This document shows positions 13,087-26,587 of a stretch of 64,000 nucleotides of DNA, piece by piece. Position 1 is the stretch's first letter. Each line of letters starts with the position of its first letter. Both the position numbers and the translations under genes were made by a program. The notes under the pieces were generated by a model. It worked only from the letters and a program-made list of their open reading frames with translations. It did no database searches and was not told where the DNA came from. Source of the DNA: Podarcis melisellensis (lineage: Eukaryota); the NCBI GenBank assembly GCA_964234715.1, contig OZ174275.1; one strand, given 5' to 3'.

Positions 13087-15304
13087 ATAAGATCCTAAAG
13101 CAGAAGAATAAATCTTTTCACTAACTGAATTTGTGGCATTACTTTACATACACACAGTTTTGGTTCCCTTTTGTGAAAAATTTGCTCCTCATGATATTGG
13201 TACAATTTTATTGAAGTGAGATCATAAACCACTTGCAGGTGTTCTCAGTTCTAACCCATTTTGATTAGATAAAATGCCTCTAAACTGGTATATCATGTAA
13301 AAATATAGTCTTAATCATGATTATTCTAAACTTTCATTTCCTTGTAAGCAAATTATTATTATTAATCATTTTAATTCTATACCGCTTTATATTTTAAAGA
13401 AAATTTTTTTCAAAGTTCTTCACAACTGACAATAAAACATCAAATAAAACAATCCAGAATAAAACATTAATGAAGAAAGTCAAATATAAAGTATACATTC
13501 AAAGCAACCTCATTAACAGGAAACTACAATATTATCTCAATGATTTCAAAATGAAACATTACTAAAGGAAGTCATATATAAAATGTACATTTAGAACAGG
13601 ATAATTAGCAAGAGAATAAAATATCATTATAAGCATAGAACTTATATGCTCTTGTGGCTGCTAGTCCTGCCTACGATGGTTCATGCCAGGCTGGACAACT
13701 GTGGAAGCTCAGGCTTCATGACCTGGGTCTGCACTAAGAGACAGCCAAGGTGGTCTCTGGCCTCTTCAGTAGCCTCAGCTTCTGTAGCTGGAGTCAGTCA
13801 GGGCCTCGCCCTCCCAGGCCAGGTAAGGCCTGCAAGGCAGGGAGCAGGTCTTCCAGGACTCACAGACAAAATGAGGGCAATCACTAACAGATCTACTTCT
13901 GCTCTGCATTTAAAACAGTAAACAAATCCCACAGCCGTAGAACTGAAGAATAATAAACTGTTGTGCCAACTTTGTACTTTGTTACACACTCAACACAGAG
14001 TCACACAGCACCGTGGATGTAAGTATTCACCGTCTGGATTGTGAATGACTGACAGTTCCAGTCCAACCAATGGCACACATGGCTCGTTCCCCCTGACATA
14101 ATGTTTTACTTCATTGGGAAACTTTTTGAATTATTCATCCAGAGGAATATAAGCAGAAAATGTTCCATGGGAATTGAAAGCCCACATGGATGACTATGTT
14201 TTCCACACATATTCTACCAGAGGATTAATTTGAAAAGTACCTTTGTGAAGGAAAATGTTATGATGGAAGAAATCTAAACACATAAATCTCAGTGTTAAAA
14301 ACGACACGGCTGCAATCCTGCACACAGTTCCCTGCGTTAAATTCTTGGTGGTTTCAAGTGTGCATAACTGGATTTTGCTCCAAAGCTTTTGCCTTGATGC
14401 TTATTTAGTGTTTGGGACAATATACGGTATATGGGCCATTCTTCTCTAAAGTGTCAATGGCTACCATAAGCTCAACTTATGCAACAGTGACAATATTGTA
14501 TGAGGAGAATAGCTCATATCAATTGTCCAAAGCAAGACTAGCCTTGACCACTTAGGTCCATTTTGATGATCTCACAGCTGCGCAACAGCACTCAAAGGAG
14601 CACAGCTGGAACCTCATCACCGAGATGTAAAACAAACAATTCCTATGCCCATTATGTTAAACAGGAGAGAGTGAAAGTTAATGGGGGACACAGATAATAA
14701 AGGCTCCCTGCGGCTATGGGAAATGAAGAGAGGCAGCTGTGTGGGAGTGAGGGGTGACAGGGTGAGTGGGATGAAGGAGTAAAAGTGACAATTTTAAAAC
14801 TTCCCACTCCCCATAAAATGCCAAGTTAACAGCATGTGGCCTTTCCAGCGACTTTATCTCATTTCCCAAGCATTAAAGCTTTTTTTTTTTTTTTTAAGGG
14901 AGCTGTTGAATGTTTTGAATCCAGGGCTCGGTCCTAAATTGTATCTGATTTGCACTTGACAAAGCTCAAGGGGGAGGGCAGAAATGCTTTTATGCCACCG
15001 TTCTGCTGACCTAAACCTGAATCCTCTGAGGGGCAAGTCTGTGGCACAGCGTTGGGCAGTTTCTGGAAGAGCACTCTGGAAGCTCTTTGCACTTAAGATG
15101 GGCTGCCTAGCAGGGATGAGCCGAGGGCGGTTTGGTGCCTGAGGAAGAAAATCCAAATGGTACCACCTCATGCTGATAAAATATAATAATAATTGGAGTT
15201 TGCTGCCTGACATACCATATGTTTCACAGAAATCCTGCCTTCCAGTCCAAGGCAATGGTACTCACATAATTTGTTCTGGGTACTCTTTATCAAATATCCT
15301 TGGA

Positions 15305-15420
15305 AGTAGCTCTACAGGGTTTCAGGCAGGGGACACTCCCAATGCTACCTGGAGATGCTGGGGACTGAAATCCTGGGGCCTTCTGCATGCCAAGCAGATG
15401 CTCTACCACTGAGCTACAAC
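15305..15420 (-). mobile_element. Squam2-like tRNA SINE, 5' part
   Basis: Minus strand TAGCTCAGTGGTAGAGCATCTGCTTGGCATGCAGAAGG is a tRNA-like head. Confidence 0.7.
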
Positions 15421-15997
15421 CCTCCCCCTTGTTATCTCTGTAAAGGTGGTGGCATGGAGCTTATTGGCACACAGGAGACAGCCAGATAGCAATTGTTTTG
15501 TCCTCAGAACACCGAAGGTCAGGGATTCCTCCTCAATCCTTTCAATAAATGCATGGAGGATGGGGGATCCTGCCCCCTGATTCTGACTCACTGACTAGCT
15601 ACATCTCTTAGATTGCAAGCCTGGGGTAGTGTGAAGGGTGTATTTCGTTCATACCAATATACAGGCATTGGGCTTATCTGCAAATTCAGGAATCCTGATT
15701 GACTGTGGCTCCTGCGCATACGCCTACTGTTACATTTTTTTAAAGAGAGTTACAGGTTTATTTCAAAAACCTGCTTGATCAGAAATGATAGTGGCACAGA
15801 GAGGTGTCTCAGTATGCCATGGGCAACAATGCCTAGATCAAATCAAAATTCTCAGATTGCCACCAGTCCCCAGTCCAAGTGACGGAATTACACTTGAAGT
15901 CTACAGTGCCTCGCTATACTCCTTCCCTATCTCTCACTTGAACAGTGTTCAGTGGAAGGGCCATATTTCTAGGGCGGATACATCAAGTATTAAGATA

Positions 15998-16249
15998 GAG
16001 TGGTACCTTGGTTTAAGAACAGTTTAGTTTATGAACAACTTGGATTAAGAATGCTGCAAACCCAGAAGTAGGTGTTTTGGTTTGTGAACTTTGCCTTGGA
16101 ATAAGAACATGTTTCGCTTCCTGTTGAGTGTGTTCCATTTGTAAATTGAGTCCCCCACTGCTATGGGAAAGCACGCCTTGGTTTAAGAACGCTTTGGTTT
16201 AAGAACGGACTTTCGGAATGGATTAAGTTCATAAACTAAGGTACCACTG
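15998..16249. mobile_element. Tc1/mariner (Tigger-like) MITE
   Basis: TIRs (G)AGTGGTACCTTGGTTTAAGAAC / GTTCATAAACTAAGGTACCACTG, flanked by TA. Confidence 0.88.
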
Positions 16250-16710
16250 TATATGGCCTAGGCCAGCCCTACTGTGGCACATCTACCTCAGTCAGCTTAT
16301 TTTGGGTGTCATGAAAGGACAACAAATTGTGATTTATTTGCATTGCAGTGTGTTTTTACTGCCAGTTTTCTGTCTCAGGCACTAAAATAACTTGGTGGGG
16401 TCTTAAGCACTATAGACCTTGACTTGGGGGAAAGGGCCCACATCGTTCCTGCTCCACCTCAGGCAGCAAAAAGTCTTGGGCTGACCCTGATAAGTTGTGT
16501 TTATTTTATAGGATAAGGAGTCATTCTGTTTTACTCAGCGACTTTGTGGGTGAGGTATGGTGAAAGCAGAAGGAACTTAGAACCCAGGCCTGCCTTCCAC
16601 AGAGGAGAAAATGTCACCTTACTTCAGTACACAGAAGAGAACTTCAAGTATCATTTGTCAGAGATAATTTTTTGACTAGTCACAGACTAGAAGTACATCT
16701 ATTTTAAGTT

Positions 16711-16844
16711 TCAGTTACAGATAGGTAGCCGTGTTGGTCTGCCATAGTCAAAACAAAAAAAATTCCTTCCAGTAGCACCTTAAAGACCAACTAAGTTAGT
16801 TCTTGGTATGAGCTTTCATGTGCATGCACACTTCTTCAGATACC
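16711..16844 (-). mobile_element. Short Penelope-like element unit with hammerhead ribozyme (longest copy)
   Basis: Near-identical to copies at 26546 and 56374; TSD ATTTTAAGTT. Confidence 0.85.
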
Positions 16845-16845
16845 A
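16804..16845 (-). ncRNA. Minimal type I hammerhead ribozyme motif
   Basis: Minus strand TGGTAT-CTGAAGA-A-GTGTGCATGCACAT-GAAA-GCTC-ATACCA. Confidence 0.8.
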
Positions 16846-18884
16846 TTTTAAGTTATTTTAAGTTTATTATACTTGGACAGGAACCTCAAGTTACGGAAAC
16901 CACTGACAGAATAGCTAGACATTAATTTTAATGCTGGCAAAAATGCACCTGAGAATCTTTCAGTGGATTTATCACTGTAAGTTAAATTGGCAACATCTAT
17001 TTCTAAGCAGTTCTACATATTCCCTAGTACTTGTGTTCAGTAATTATGCGTGTGGTATCCTGCAAGATACTTTCATTCAAAAGCAATAAGAAATAACATT
17101 ATCTACCTTTTTTATGACTGAAGATTAGGGACTAACTTCGGATAACTACAGTTTTTAAACATGACAGCCCTTGGGGTACCATGTTTCCCGACATCCCTGT
17201 TAGAAAAGAACATGTCTATGTAGATATTATTAATTTATCATTGCACAAAACAAAGTTTATGAAGTCTTAATATTTAATGTCCTGTGAATTTAATAATAAA
17301 AAATTAAGACTGCACCTCACATCATTTTTAACTATCTGGTTTTATTCCACTCATTAGTCCTTTATTGTTGCTCCTCTTTGATAGATTGCCATATTTTGAG
17401 CTAAAAAACACTTAGACTTGCCTGCTGTGCTATTAGTGGATGATGGCTCTCTCAGTTTTAACACTGGGACACAAATGAAAATAAAATTGGCTCTACAGTA
17501 TTCCACATTATGTTGAAAGTGCTGAGCAAGACCCTCGTATAGTGCCGAGAGTAGCAACTCTGGTGAAGAAAAATATCATTTCACAATCTGCTGAGCAAGT
17601 GGGCTATTATTTTTAGTAAAAGGAAATCAATAAGAGTATAATTTTTGCATCATGGTCACAATCCTTACACTACTCAGGCCCAGTTCATACACTTGCTGGG
17701 TCAGTGATCCTCTTTATATGGGGGGGGAGTGTATCCCTCCCCTCTGCCACTCATATTAATGTGCAAGGCTGGTACTTGGTGCAAGGGCCCAATTGCCTGC
17801 AGCAGGACTCTAGGTTTGCCACTCAGCAGGTGAGTGCAGAAAGTCCAGGGGGGAAACAGGATGAAGGCACAACTGGCTCATCTCATCCTTCAGCAGCAGA
17901 TTTAAACACAAAGGGAAAGTATTTATGCTGCAACTTGGAAGTATATCTATCAATAAAGATTTGATTCTAGTGATTCAGTTAGACAGCATGTGGATCTTAG
18001 AAAAGACAGCCAAGCAACGCTAGGCAGACCCATCACAGCAGATAGCAAGGGCAGCTGTGGGAGCTAATCTGCCAGAGTTAGCAAGCCAGGAAGGCAAGCT
18101 CTCCAAAGTCGCCAGAGCCCAAAGGAAACACACGGGATCAGAAAAACAGGGAGAGGGGTGTCAGAATTGCAAAGGAACACCAAGATCAGAAAATGAGGAT
18201 AAGACAAACCAAAATGGTTTGATATGCCCTGTGCTCACATTTTAAAGTTGCTGGTTGCATGGTAGTGAAGCTGAATTGGAACAAAAGTTCCCAGATGGTG
18301 GGAAAGCCAACCAGGTGGTAGCCTGACTGGAGTTCTGGAAATGTTGCAGGAAGGAAAGGATGTGAACACTTTGTGAAATCCCTCTTAATTTGGCTGTCTT
18401 CCACTGGGTCACTCAGCCTGTAAAAAACTGCACAGAATTGATTTCAACATAGGAAAGATAAATTTATATTGTCAGGTATCCATAAAATATTTATACTTAA
18501 AAAAAGAAAACTATAAACTGTCTCTTGAAGATTTATTCTTTTTCATAAGGCAAACAAAATTATCTCCACTCTGGCTGGCTCTCAGGCTGAAATTGATATA
18601 CAACCAGCCACCTCATTTCTCCCTATCCTTACAACTCACTCTCCAAATAGCTTAAGCCAATCCTTTTTTTAAAAAAGAGAGGAGATGGGATGGGGAAACA
18701 ATATTTAAATCTTAGAATTGTTTGACACTGACCCTCTGGCCCACTGCAAGGAAGTATCTCTTAACTTGCAAGTGTTCCCTGGTGTTTCATACAGAGCTTC
18801 AGGTAAGATTTCTTCCCTCAAATCATAACTCAGGACCTCAACATCAGAAGAATATGTGACCAGCTCATTTAGATTGTCCTAGAG

Positions 18885-19031
18885 CACACATGGGGAATCT
18901 GTAGCCCTCTAGATATTGCTGGACTACAACTCCCACCATTCCTACAAATCTCTGCATTGGCCACACTGTCTGCGGCTGATGGGAGGTGGAATCCACCAAC
19001 ATTGGGAGGGTCACAGGTTCCCCCATCCCTG
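18885..19031. mobile_element. Small palindromic hAT-type MITE
   Basis: GGGGAATCTGTAGCCCTC...GAGGGTCACAGGTTCCCC inverted arms; TCCTAGA on both flanks. Confidence 0.75.
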
Positions 19032-21484
19032 TTCCTAGAAATATCTCTCCTTCAATGAGCCCTGAAAGTTCAAGCTGAGAGCTCCTACGTTTTTAACAGT
19101 ATGCAAGAAGCAGAAGTTCAACCAGCGAAGACTTTGTGAATTTACCTGCTGAACTTGTAGTTGCCATGCACCTGCTAGGGAAAAAAACCAAAGAAATCAA
19201 GAAGCTCTGCAAGAAAAAAAGAAAGGGCAACTCTACCTTTCCTCATAAACATCCTGCTGTCTACAGAAAAAAACCTGAATTTGAAAAGGAGCCTGAATTT
19301 CAGCATTCCGCTGTCAACATTTGTATGGTAATGTACAAAATGTGCCAAATCATGAATGGCAGCAACATTTCATTTCAGCTGAGCTACCCTTGTTAACAAA
19401 GGTAAGTCATGAAATGCTTGGAGAAGTTAGTCATCAGGACGCGTGAGACAGTGGCACCAGCAAGCATTCAAGTAGCATAAACAGCAGCTGTTTCCTGCAC
19501 AAGTAAGAGCATGCTCATCCTTTGGGTAGTTTCACCAGTTCTCATCTTGCCACAGGTCTTGTCCAATCAAATGGCTGGACTGTTTGCTGCCCATTATTTC
19601 AGTGGCATCTTGAGTCATACAGTACTGCTAGACTTTGCCAGTATGGCATGTGACTTCAGTGTAGTACTTCACTTAAGGGAAGAAGGCCTAGTGTAGCACT
19701 GCAATGGGCAAGAGTGAGAGTATGTGTAGTGATTCTGTGGGACAGTAGAAAAGCTCAGAGAGTGGTAGTAAACATGGAACCCATTCTGTGAAACCCTCAG
19801 AATTCATTAAAAATATATATTTAAAAGCAAGATTCTATTCCTTATGGCTACAAAATTACACCTGAAAGTGAGGGGCAAGGACATTTGAAATATGCATCTG
19901 GAATGCCACAAATTCAAGCAGGGGGAAAGGGAAGCAGATCCTCCCTGGCAGTGCTTCTTGCTTCCTCATTCAAAATCTCAGCCTCATTAGATCTTTCGTT
20001 ATTTTTGCTTTTTGAATGTTGCATTGTTTGCTCCTATGTGGACAATGGCTGGCGAGAGCTGGCTGAAGGAAGTTTTCAGTCTTTGGGAGTAGGTTTGCTC
20101 TTTTCTCACCAGTGGTAAAACCAGAATAAGCACTTTTTTTTTTTTGCAAAATAATGAAATCATACAAATACATGGTATTTGCATAATTTATAATGGTCAC
20201 AGAATCCAGTTTTTCTTGGCATAGAATATAGATTGCTGTTTATTTCCACATAAATATAACAAACACAGACACACAATCCTAGTTAAAACTTGAAAGTACT
20301 CAGTCCAAATTGCACAAAGATTATAAATCGCTAGATGGTTCCAGGCAAATCAGTGTTCCCTTCTTTAGCCTCTCATCTGCAACATGCAGACACTGTGGGT
20401 CATATCCTGTTGTTGGGACTGTCACCAAGCCACAGGTGTGGGTTTCTTTTAAGCACTTGCAAGATAGCTCTGAGTGTGTGAAATAAGGGAACATGCCCAA
20501 CAGTATATTTTTTAAAATAAAAAATGTGAGCAACAACATTAACCTACCTCAGAGGATTGTTGTGAGGATATTTATTCAAAGTGCTTCGAGCACTTCAAAG
20601 TGTAGAATGCCATTACTATTGCTGTTTCCTGAGATTTGGGCTTGTCCTGGGAACAGGTTACAGAATGCACCCAACTCTTTCCAGGATGTTTTGCACCCTT
20701 TGGCCTGTGAAAAGCATGCCATCATGGACCAGGAAGAATGTAAGTATTGTGTTGAACTTAAACAAAGAAGGCATTGCCAGTTTAAGGGAATGGACATGTT
20801 GAGAGTCTTAAACAGGACTGACTCTATGAAGGAGAGACGATTGACCTGTATACATCACCCTGTGAAAAAAGTGAAATAAAACATCATGAACTATCGTTCT
20901 TAAAAGTTGAATCCTTTAATTGCAAGGCGGGGTGGAAACAGCAGGGCCTGTGTAATGCATGTAAGCATTTAGCAAGAGGTAATGAACTCTCACCTCCCGT
21001 CCAATGAAGCATTAGCACCACCAGTTGGTCATCAGGCTAGAATAACACCCCAGGGGGAACAGTAATAATCAAGCCAGAGTTGGTGTAATCTCTTTCCCTC
21101 ATGTTCATTTTTGTGGGTGTGAGTGTTTTCTGACTCTGATGGTTCAGATTCTCTGAAGTCTGCTTAGGAATCTAGTTTTCAAATGAGTAAGGTCTGGAAC
21201 AGTAATGCCAGCAGGATACAAAGGGATTAAACAGGTGAAGATTCTTCTCATCACTCACCCCCTATTTCAGGAAAAGGTTGTCATGCCTGATTTCGAAATG
21301 CCAGGCTGTGCTTAAAGGGGAAGGATCAGAGTTCAAAAATGCTGCCATCCTAGGCAGGCATCCTGTAAACCTACAAAGGCTTTGTGAGGATTTAATGGTA
21401 GCCATGCTTATTGTTTATTTTTGTTTTCTTTTACACAAAAGAAGATAATGAGCCATGCTATTATGACAGCCCTTTGCACTAATC

Positions 21485-21670
21485 CAAAGCATTGTGGTTA
21501 AGGGAACTGTGCTACAAACCAGCAAGTTCTTGGTTCAAATTTCAGCCTGCAAATGAATTCACTAGGAGGCCTTAGGCCAGCCATTCATTCTTAGCCTGAG
21601 TTCCTCTAAGTGCAATATGGAGGATAATAATATTGATTTACCTTACAGAGTTGTTGGAAGCCTTACAACC
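21485..21670 (+). mobile_element. Ancient MIR/CORE-type SINE
   Basis: Degenerate A/B boxes (TGTGGTTAAG, GGTTCAAAT) and core-like CCTTAGGCCAGCCA...TACCTTACAGAGTTGTTG. Confidence 0.6.
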
Positions 21671-22417
21671 CTGCCTGTGGGCTGACAAGCTAAGCAAACA
21701 GATGGGACGGAAAGGAAGGCATTCTTGTTTACCTTGAGGCCTCAAATTTCAGTGGGATCCTGTGCTAAGCCCAAATTTAGCGCCCCCTGCCTGTTGCCTT
21801 CCATCCTACATCATAGTTGTGGCGCCCCCTGCAGCACCCCAAGGCTCTGCATCCTGTGTGACTCAACTAGTCATACTCCCCTAAATCCCCTAAATTGCAG
21901 AAGGTAAATGTGTGTAGGCTCCAATTGCAATCCTGTGCCCACTTCTGAGTTAGCACGAATGGGATTATATCCCCAATTAAAATGGCAGCAGATTAGAAAA
22001 AGCTTGGGAAAGCAGAAATGGCTTGAGGTGCATCTTAAAGAGTGAAAGGGACTGAATCCTATGACTCCCTGGAGGCAAAGAGTTCCAAAGGCAGTTGAAG
22101 TAAATGGTCAAATCTTGAAACACTCTTAATTACTGATCCTAAATGTTATAGTCAGAGAGCTTCTACAGAGTTCCATACATGGTTCTGAAATACGGCCAGC
22201 ATGTGAATGGGAGTTTATTTGGTTCCAGTGATTAATTTCATGTTATGGGTTTAATATCCCAATTTCAATCGTATTGTTGAATGAACTTGAGATGAAAAAG
22301 CACCCATGCGACGTTCTTCAACAGCATATCTGTTTGAACCATTTGCATCCTTCTTGATGTATAATTATTTTCATCTACTGCAGTTCCAAGCCCTAAACCA
22401 CCAGATCCTCATTTATA

Positions 22418-22642
22418 CCAGTGTGGTGTAGTGGTTAAGAGCGGTAGTCTCGTAATCTGGAGAACCGGGTTCGAGTCTCCGCTCCTCCACATGCAGCTGC
22501 TGGGTGACCTTGGGCTAGTCACACTTCTCTGAAGTCTCTCAGCCTCACTCACCTCACAGAGTGTTTGTTGTGGGGGAGGAAGGGAAAGGAGAACTCCTTC
22601 GGGTAGTGATAAAGCGGGATATCAAATCCAAACTCTTCTTCT
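22418..22642 (+). mobile_element. Squam3-like tRNA-derived SINE
   Basis: A box TGGTGTAGTGG, B box GGTTCGAGTC, 3' GCGGGATATCAAATCCAAA and (TTC)n tail; second copy at 57197. Confidence 0.85.
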
Positions 22643-23414
22643 ACCTGGGGAGGTTGTTTTTTAAATAAAATAAAATAGTAGTTTATAGATTGCCAAAGTA
22701 GTTTATAGTTTGCCAAAGACATTGTAGTGAAACCCCAGGTTCATCTGTACTCTCTCATGCACAGGTACTGCTGGAATTCAGGTCTGAATTTGAACAAATC
22801 TAGAGACATTGCCCAAAGGAATAGCAACAGTCCCACCGCTGATTGCTTGTGGAATATGTCACACAATAAATTTAGCTACTGCTTTCTAAACTGATGGAAA
22901 TTATTAATAAAGTAAAAAAAAATCACGTAGAACCCAGATTCCTAGTAACATGCAATTAAAATGAAGAAAATGTTTTAAAGCACCAGCTTGACAAGCAAAA
23001 TTGTGGCACCCTGGCCCCGAGTGCTTTATAGTCAGCATATTTTAAAAGTTTCATAATTGATTTTCTCCATTTGGGGGGAGATGGTGCATTAAAGTTTAAG
23101 TTGAGGTTAGTGAAACTCTGCTATGGCTCCAAGTCAGTAATCCACAAAGTCTCCAGTGGAAAAAAGCAGTTGATTTTGGTTCATTACATCCAGATTCCTT
23201 TTTATCAGTCTCAGGGAAAAGACAATGGAGAGAGATGGAATTCTGCTCCTGCGAACCCTGGATCCAACCCTTCACCTTCATTATTTCTCTGCACCTTAGC
23301 TATGACCCAGAGCTCCATACATGCCAAGGATGCCTCTTCTCTTCTATGTATGGAGAATCCTGACCCTTTTTGTGTTTTGTGCACCTGAAAGCACACTATT
23401 TCCTTTGTCATAGA

Positions 23415-23644
23415 CAGTGGCGGAGCTACATGCTCCAGCACTGGGGGCGGAGAGCAGGCTGGTGCGCATCCTGTGGGTGGGGCGTGCTGCCCGCAGGGAC
23501 ATGGCACATGTCCCGGGGCTGTGGAGCGCCACTTGTGGGGGCGGGGCACCCAGCATGGGCAGGAGGGGCAGCCGCGATGGCACCCTGGGGATCACGCTGC
23601 CAGAGGCGGTGCGCTCCCCCAGCACTCCTCTTCCTCTGCCAGTG
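23415..23644. mobile_element. GC-rich hAT-type MITE (CAGTGGCG termini)
   Basis: Termini CAGTGGCGGAG / CTCTGCCAGTG; perfect 8-bp TSD GTCATAGA. Confidence 0.88.
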
Positions 23645-23717
23645 GTCATAGAAGATAAGAGCCCCTAGAGAGGCACAGAGCTTCCTGAAGCCATTGAGCT
23701 GAGACCAGTGAATACAG

Positions 23718-23907
23718 GGAAGATAGGAAGCTGCCTAGTGTCAAGTTAGATTAGTGGTCCATCTACTCCTATATTGTCTACTTTGACTGGCAGGGTCTTA
23801 GGTCGAGACTTTTTCTATACACCGCTGCCTGTTCCTTTTAATAGGAGATGCGAAGAGCTGAACCTGGAACTTATTGCATGCAAAGCAGGTGCTCCACCAC
23901 TGAGCCT
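23718..23907 (-). mobile_element. Squam2-like tRNA SINE
   Basis: Minus strand GGCTCAGTGGTGGAGCACCTGCTTTGCATGC head and GCAGCTTCCTAT tail. Confidence 0.65.
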
Positions 23908-25351
23908 TAATTTTGTTCTTTCTTGCAGTGTTTGATTACTGTCATTCTTTCAGTTTAATTGCATCTTAAAATAATTTTAATTTTTGAATGTTATATTAAA
24001 GAAATGTCCCCTTTGCATCAAGTCATTAGCTAAACTTCCAGGTACCCTCACTCGGGGTTTCTTGAAAAGATGGGGGAGACTGCAGGAGTCTATAGCATTC
24101 AGAAGTGGTGCTTAGACAGTAAATATTATATGTCCCTGTAAGAACATTTGAATGGTAATACTCAAGCAATTACTTTCCTTTCAAGATCATTAAACACAAA
24201 TCTGACTTGTATTTTAATAAGACTGCCAATGTATTTAATGGGGGCAGTAAAGGGTAGGATTTTTTTTTTCTAATGGATGAATGTTTATATTATTATCCAT
24301 TCTGAGAGACCACATTAGGAGGGGGCTAACAGTCATGTGTTTTGCCCCATTCAATTTTTCTCCACAGTCTTCTTCTACCTTTCACAACATTTAAGGCCAA
24401 GATACATCTACTGTAACAAAGCCCAATTCACTGAAATGAGCCGACCTGCTGAAAATAATTTTCTGTTTTTTTTAATTAAACACTGTTCTTCTTTCCCTTT
24501 TAAATTACAAATGTAGGTGATAGGCCAATAGACCCGCAAGCCGTTTATTCAAAGAATTTCATTGGTGAAACAAGATGGTTTGAAACTTTCTCCCAGCACA
24601 CAGTTGCTTCTTCATAGATCAGTCAAAATCTTTCACCAAGTAATGCTTTTAGGTAAGTAGTGCCTGATCTCTGAACTATTTCAAGAAATACATTTTCAGC
24701 CAGGAATCTTTAGAACTCAGTAATGGTTTAGAAAATTCTACCAACTATACAGTACAAGATGTATGTGCTGCACTACCTGCAGTGGTCAGGGCAGGGCATA
24801 ATAAAGAGGTTGTCCCTTGGATCCTGATCCTAAACGCACTGAGTTACATAATCAGTGTTGCTGTTTTGCAAACGCAACAGGACATTCCCTTCCTTACCTC
24901 TCCCCTTGCAGAATGTGCAAGGGCTGCAGGAGAGAGAAGGGGTTGTGGTTCCATTGAACAGGTGGAGGCCTGTTGCCAAAGCAGAATGGCAGTGTTGGCT
25001 ACAATCTATTTCCTTGGAAGCAGTAAAGCAAAGGAGTGATTTACTCAAGTAGGTACATCACTCAGTGCCTCATTATTCAAAGGAGCTTGCCCAGCTGTGG
25101 GAAAAATCTGTATTACAGATCTGTGTTTCTCACAGAAAATATATAACATATGGACGCCATATGCACACATACATGGGTATCTTTAAATACATGTTACATT
25201 CTGGTCCTACCGTTTATATAAGCTGCATCCACTGAAAAGTCTTGGCTTTGGAGAAAGTCTGTAGTTTCCCTGTCTGTGGTGTTTGCTCTGTAATAGCTGT
25301 TTCAAATGTGTGACTCCTCACTTGATCTTGCAGCGATCTATATGCATGCTA

Positions 25352-25715
25352 GGGACGCGGGTGGTGCTGTGGGTAAAACCTCAGTGCCTAAGACTTGCCG
25401 ATCGTATGGTCGGCGGTTCGAATCCCCGCGGCGGGGTGAGCTCCCGTTGTTCGGTCCCAGCTCCTGCCCACCTAAGCAGTTCGAAAGCACCCCTAAGTGT
25501 TAGTAGATAAATAGGGACCGCTTTATAGCGGGAAGGTAAACGGCGTTTCCGTGCGCTGCGCTGGTGCTGACTCGCCAGAGCAGCTTCGTCATGCTGGCCA
25601 CGTGACCCGGAAGTGTCTTCAGACAGCACTGGCTCCCAGCTTCTTAAGCGAGATGAGCACGCAACCACAGAGTCGGTCACGACTGGCCCGTACGGGCAGG
25701 GGTACCTTTACCTTT
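25352..25715 (+). mobile_element. Sauria SINE, full length
   Basis: GGGACGCGGGTGG head, B box GGTTCGAATCC, ACCTTT tail, 13-bp TSD TATATGCATGCTA. Confidence 0.95.
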
Positions 25716-26545
25716 TATATGCATGCTACCATGCATGCCACCCAACCCCATGTCTCCATGTGCATTGGCTCCACCTCTGATCTATCTGTGTTCAGCAGGA
25801 CTGTCTGAGGGGGCTTTTAAGTACTTCCAGCTGAACACACATGGAAGCTTATTTGCAGCTGAGGACCATGTGTTATCTGGATTCCCAATCATGGGTAGGC
25901 TTCCAAGTGTATTTAGCTTAACCCACTTAGAATCCCACTTCAGAACAACGAGGAAAGGTTAGGGTAGAACTGGAGGGGGTGGTAACCTTGGAATGTGAGC
26001 AGGAACCAAAGTGATTTAGAAATGGTTGTATGTGGGGTGGGACAGAATCAATTCTGGGTGAGACCAGCAGGGAAAGGAAGCTGCTAAGAGCTGAATACTG
26101 TAGTTTGTTTTGTACACAGTTTGGTAGTAGCACACTGCTAGGTTTGCTCCTTCTTATGCAATTTCTGAGATTCATTTGTAATCTTGCAAATGCTACACAA
26201 CACACCCATTCCTCCTATGCCACAGCTAGCCCAGCCATTAGGCAGTGTGAGGCTTCTGCCTCAGGCGGCAGAAGCCCCCCAGGTGCCCTGCCTGTCCCTC
26301 CACCTCCACTGGCAATTTCAGGTCAAGGCTGTGTCCAAATGGGGTGCAATCCGGTCTGAAATTGGAGCTACCTGGTAGGGTTAGCAGCATATATGGCAGG
26401 GTCAGGAGTGGCAGCAGTGGTGGCACCAGCAGGGCAGGGTAGTACTTTCCATTTCACCGCAAAATGGGACAATTTATGCAGGTTATACTGAACACATCTA
26501 TTTGAACTATCTAGCTATTATCTGAAAGGAATTAGGCAAAAATAA

Positions 26546-26587
26546 TGGTATCTGAAGAAGTGTGCATGCACACGAAAGCTCATACCA
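26546..26587 (+). ncRNA. Minimal type I hammerhead ribozyme motif
   Basis: TGGTAT-CTGAAGA-A-GTGTGCATGCACAC-GAAA-GCTC-ATACCA; predicted cleavage between 26581 and 26582. Confidence 0.85.

Noticed and set aside
22418-22490. tRNA-like sequence
   Set aside because: SINE head that continues into a SINE body; no complete cloverleaf or Pol III terminator
23415-23668. GC-rich patch as CpG-island promoter or exon
   Set aside because: Exactly bounded by TIRs and an 8-bp TSD, so it is a MITE
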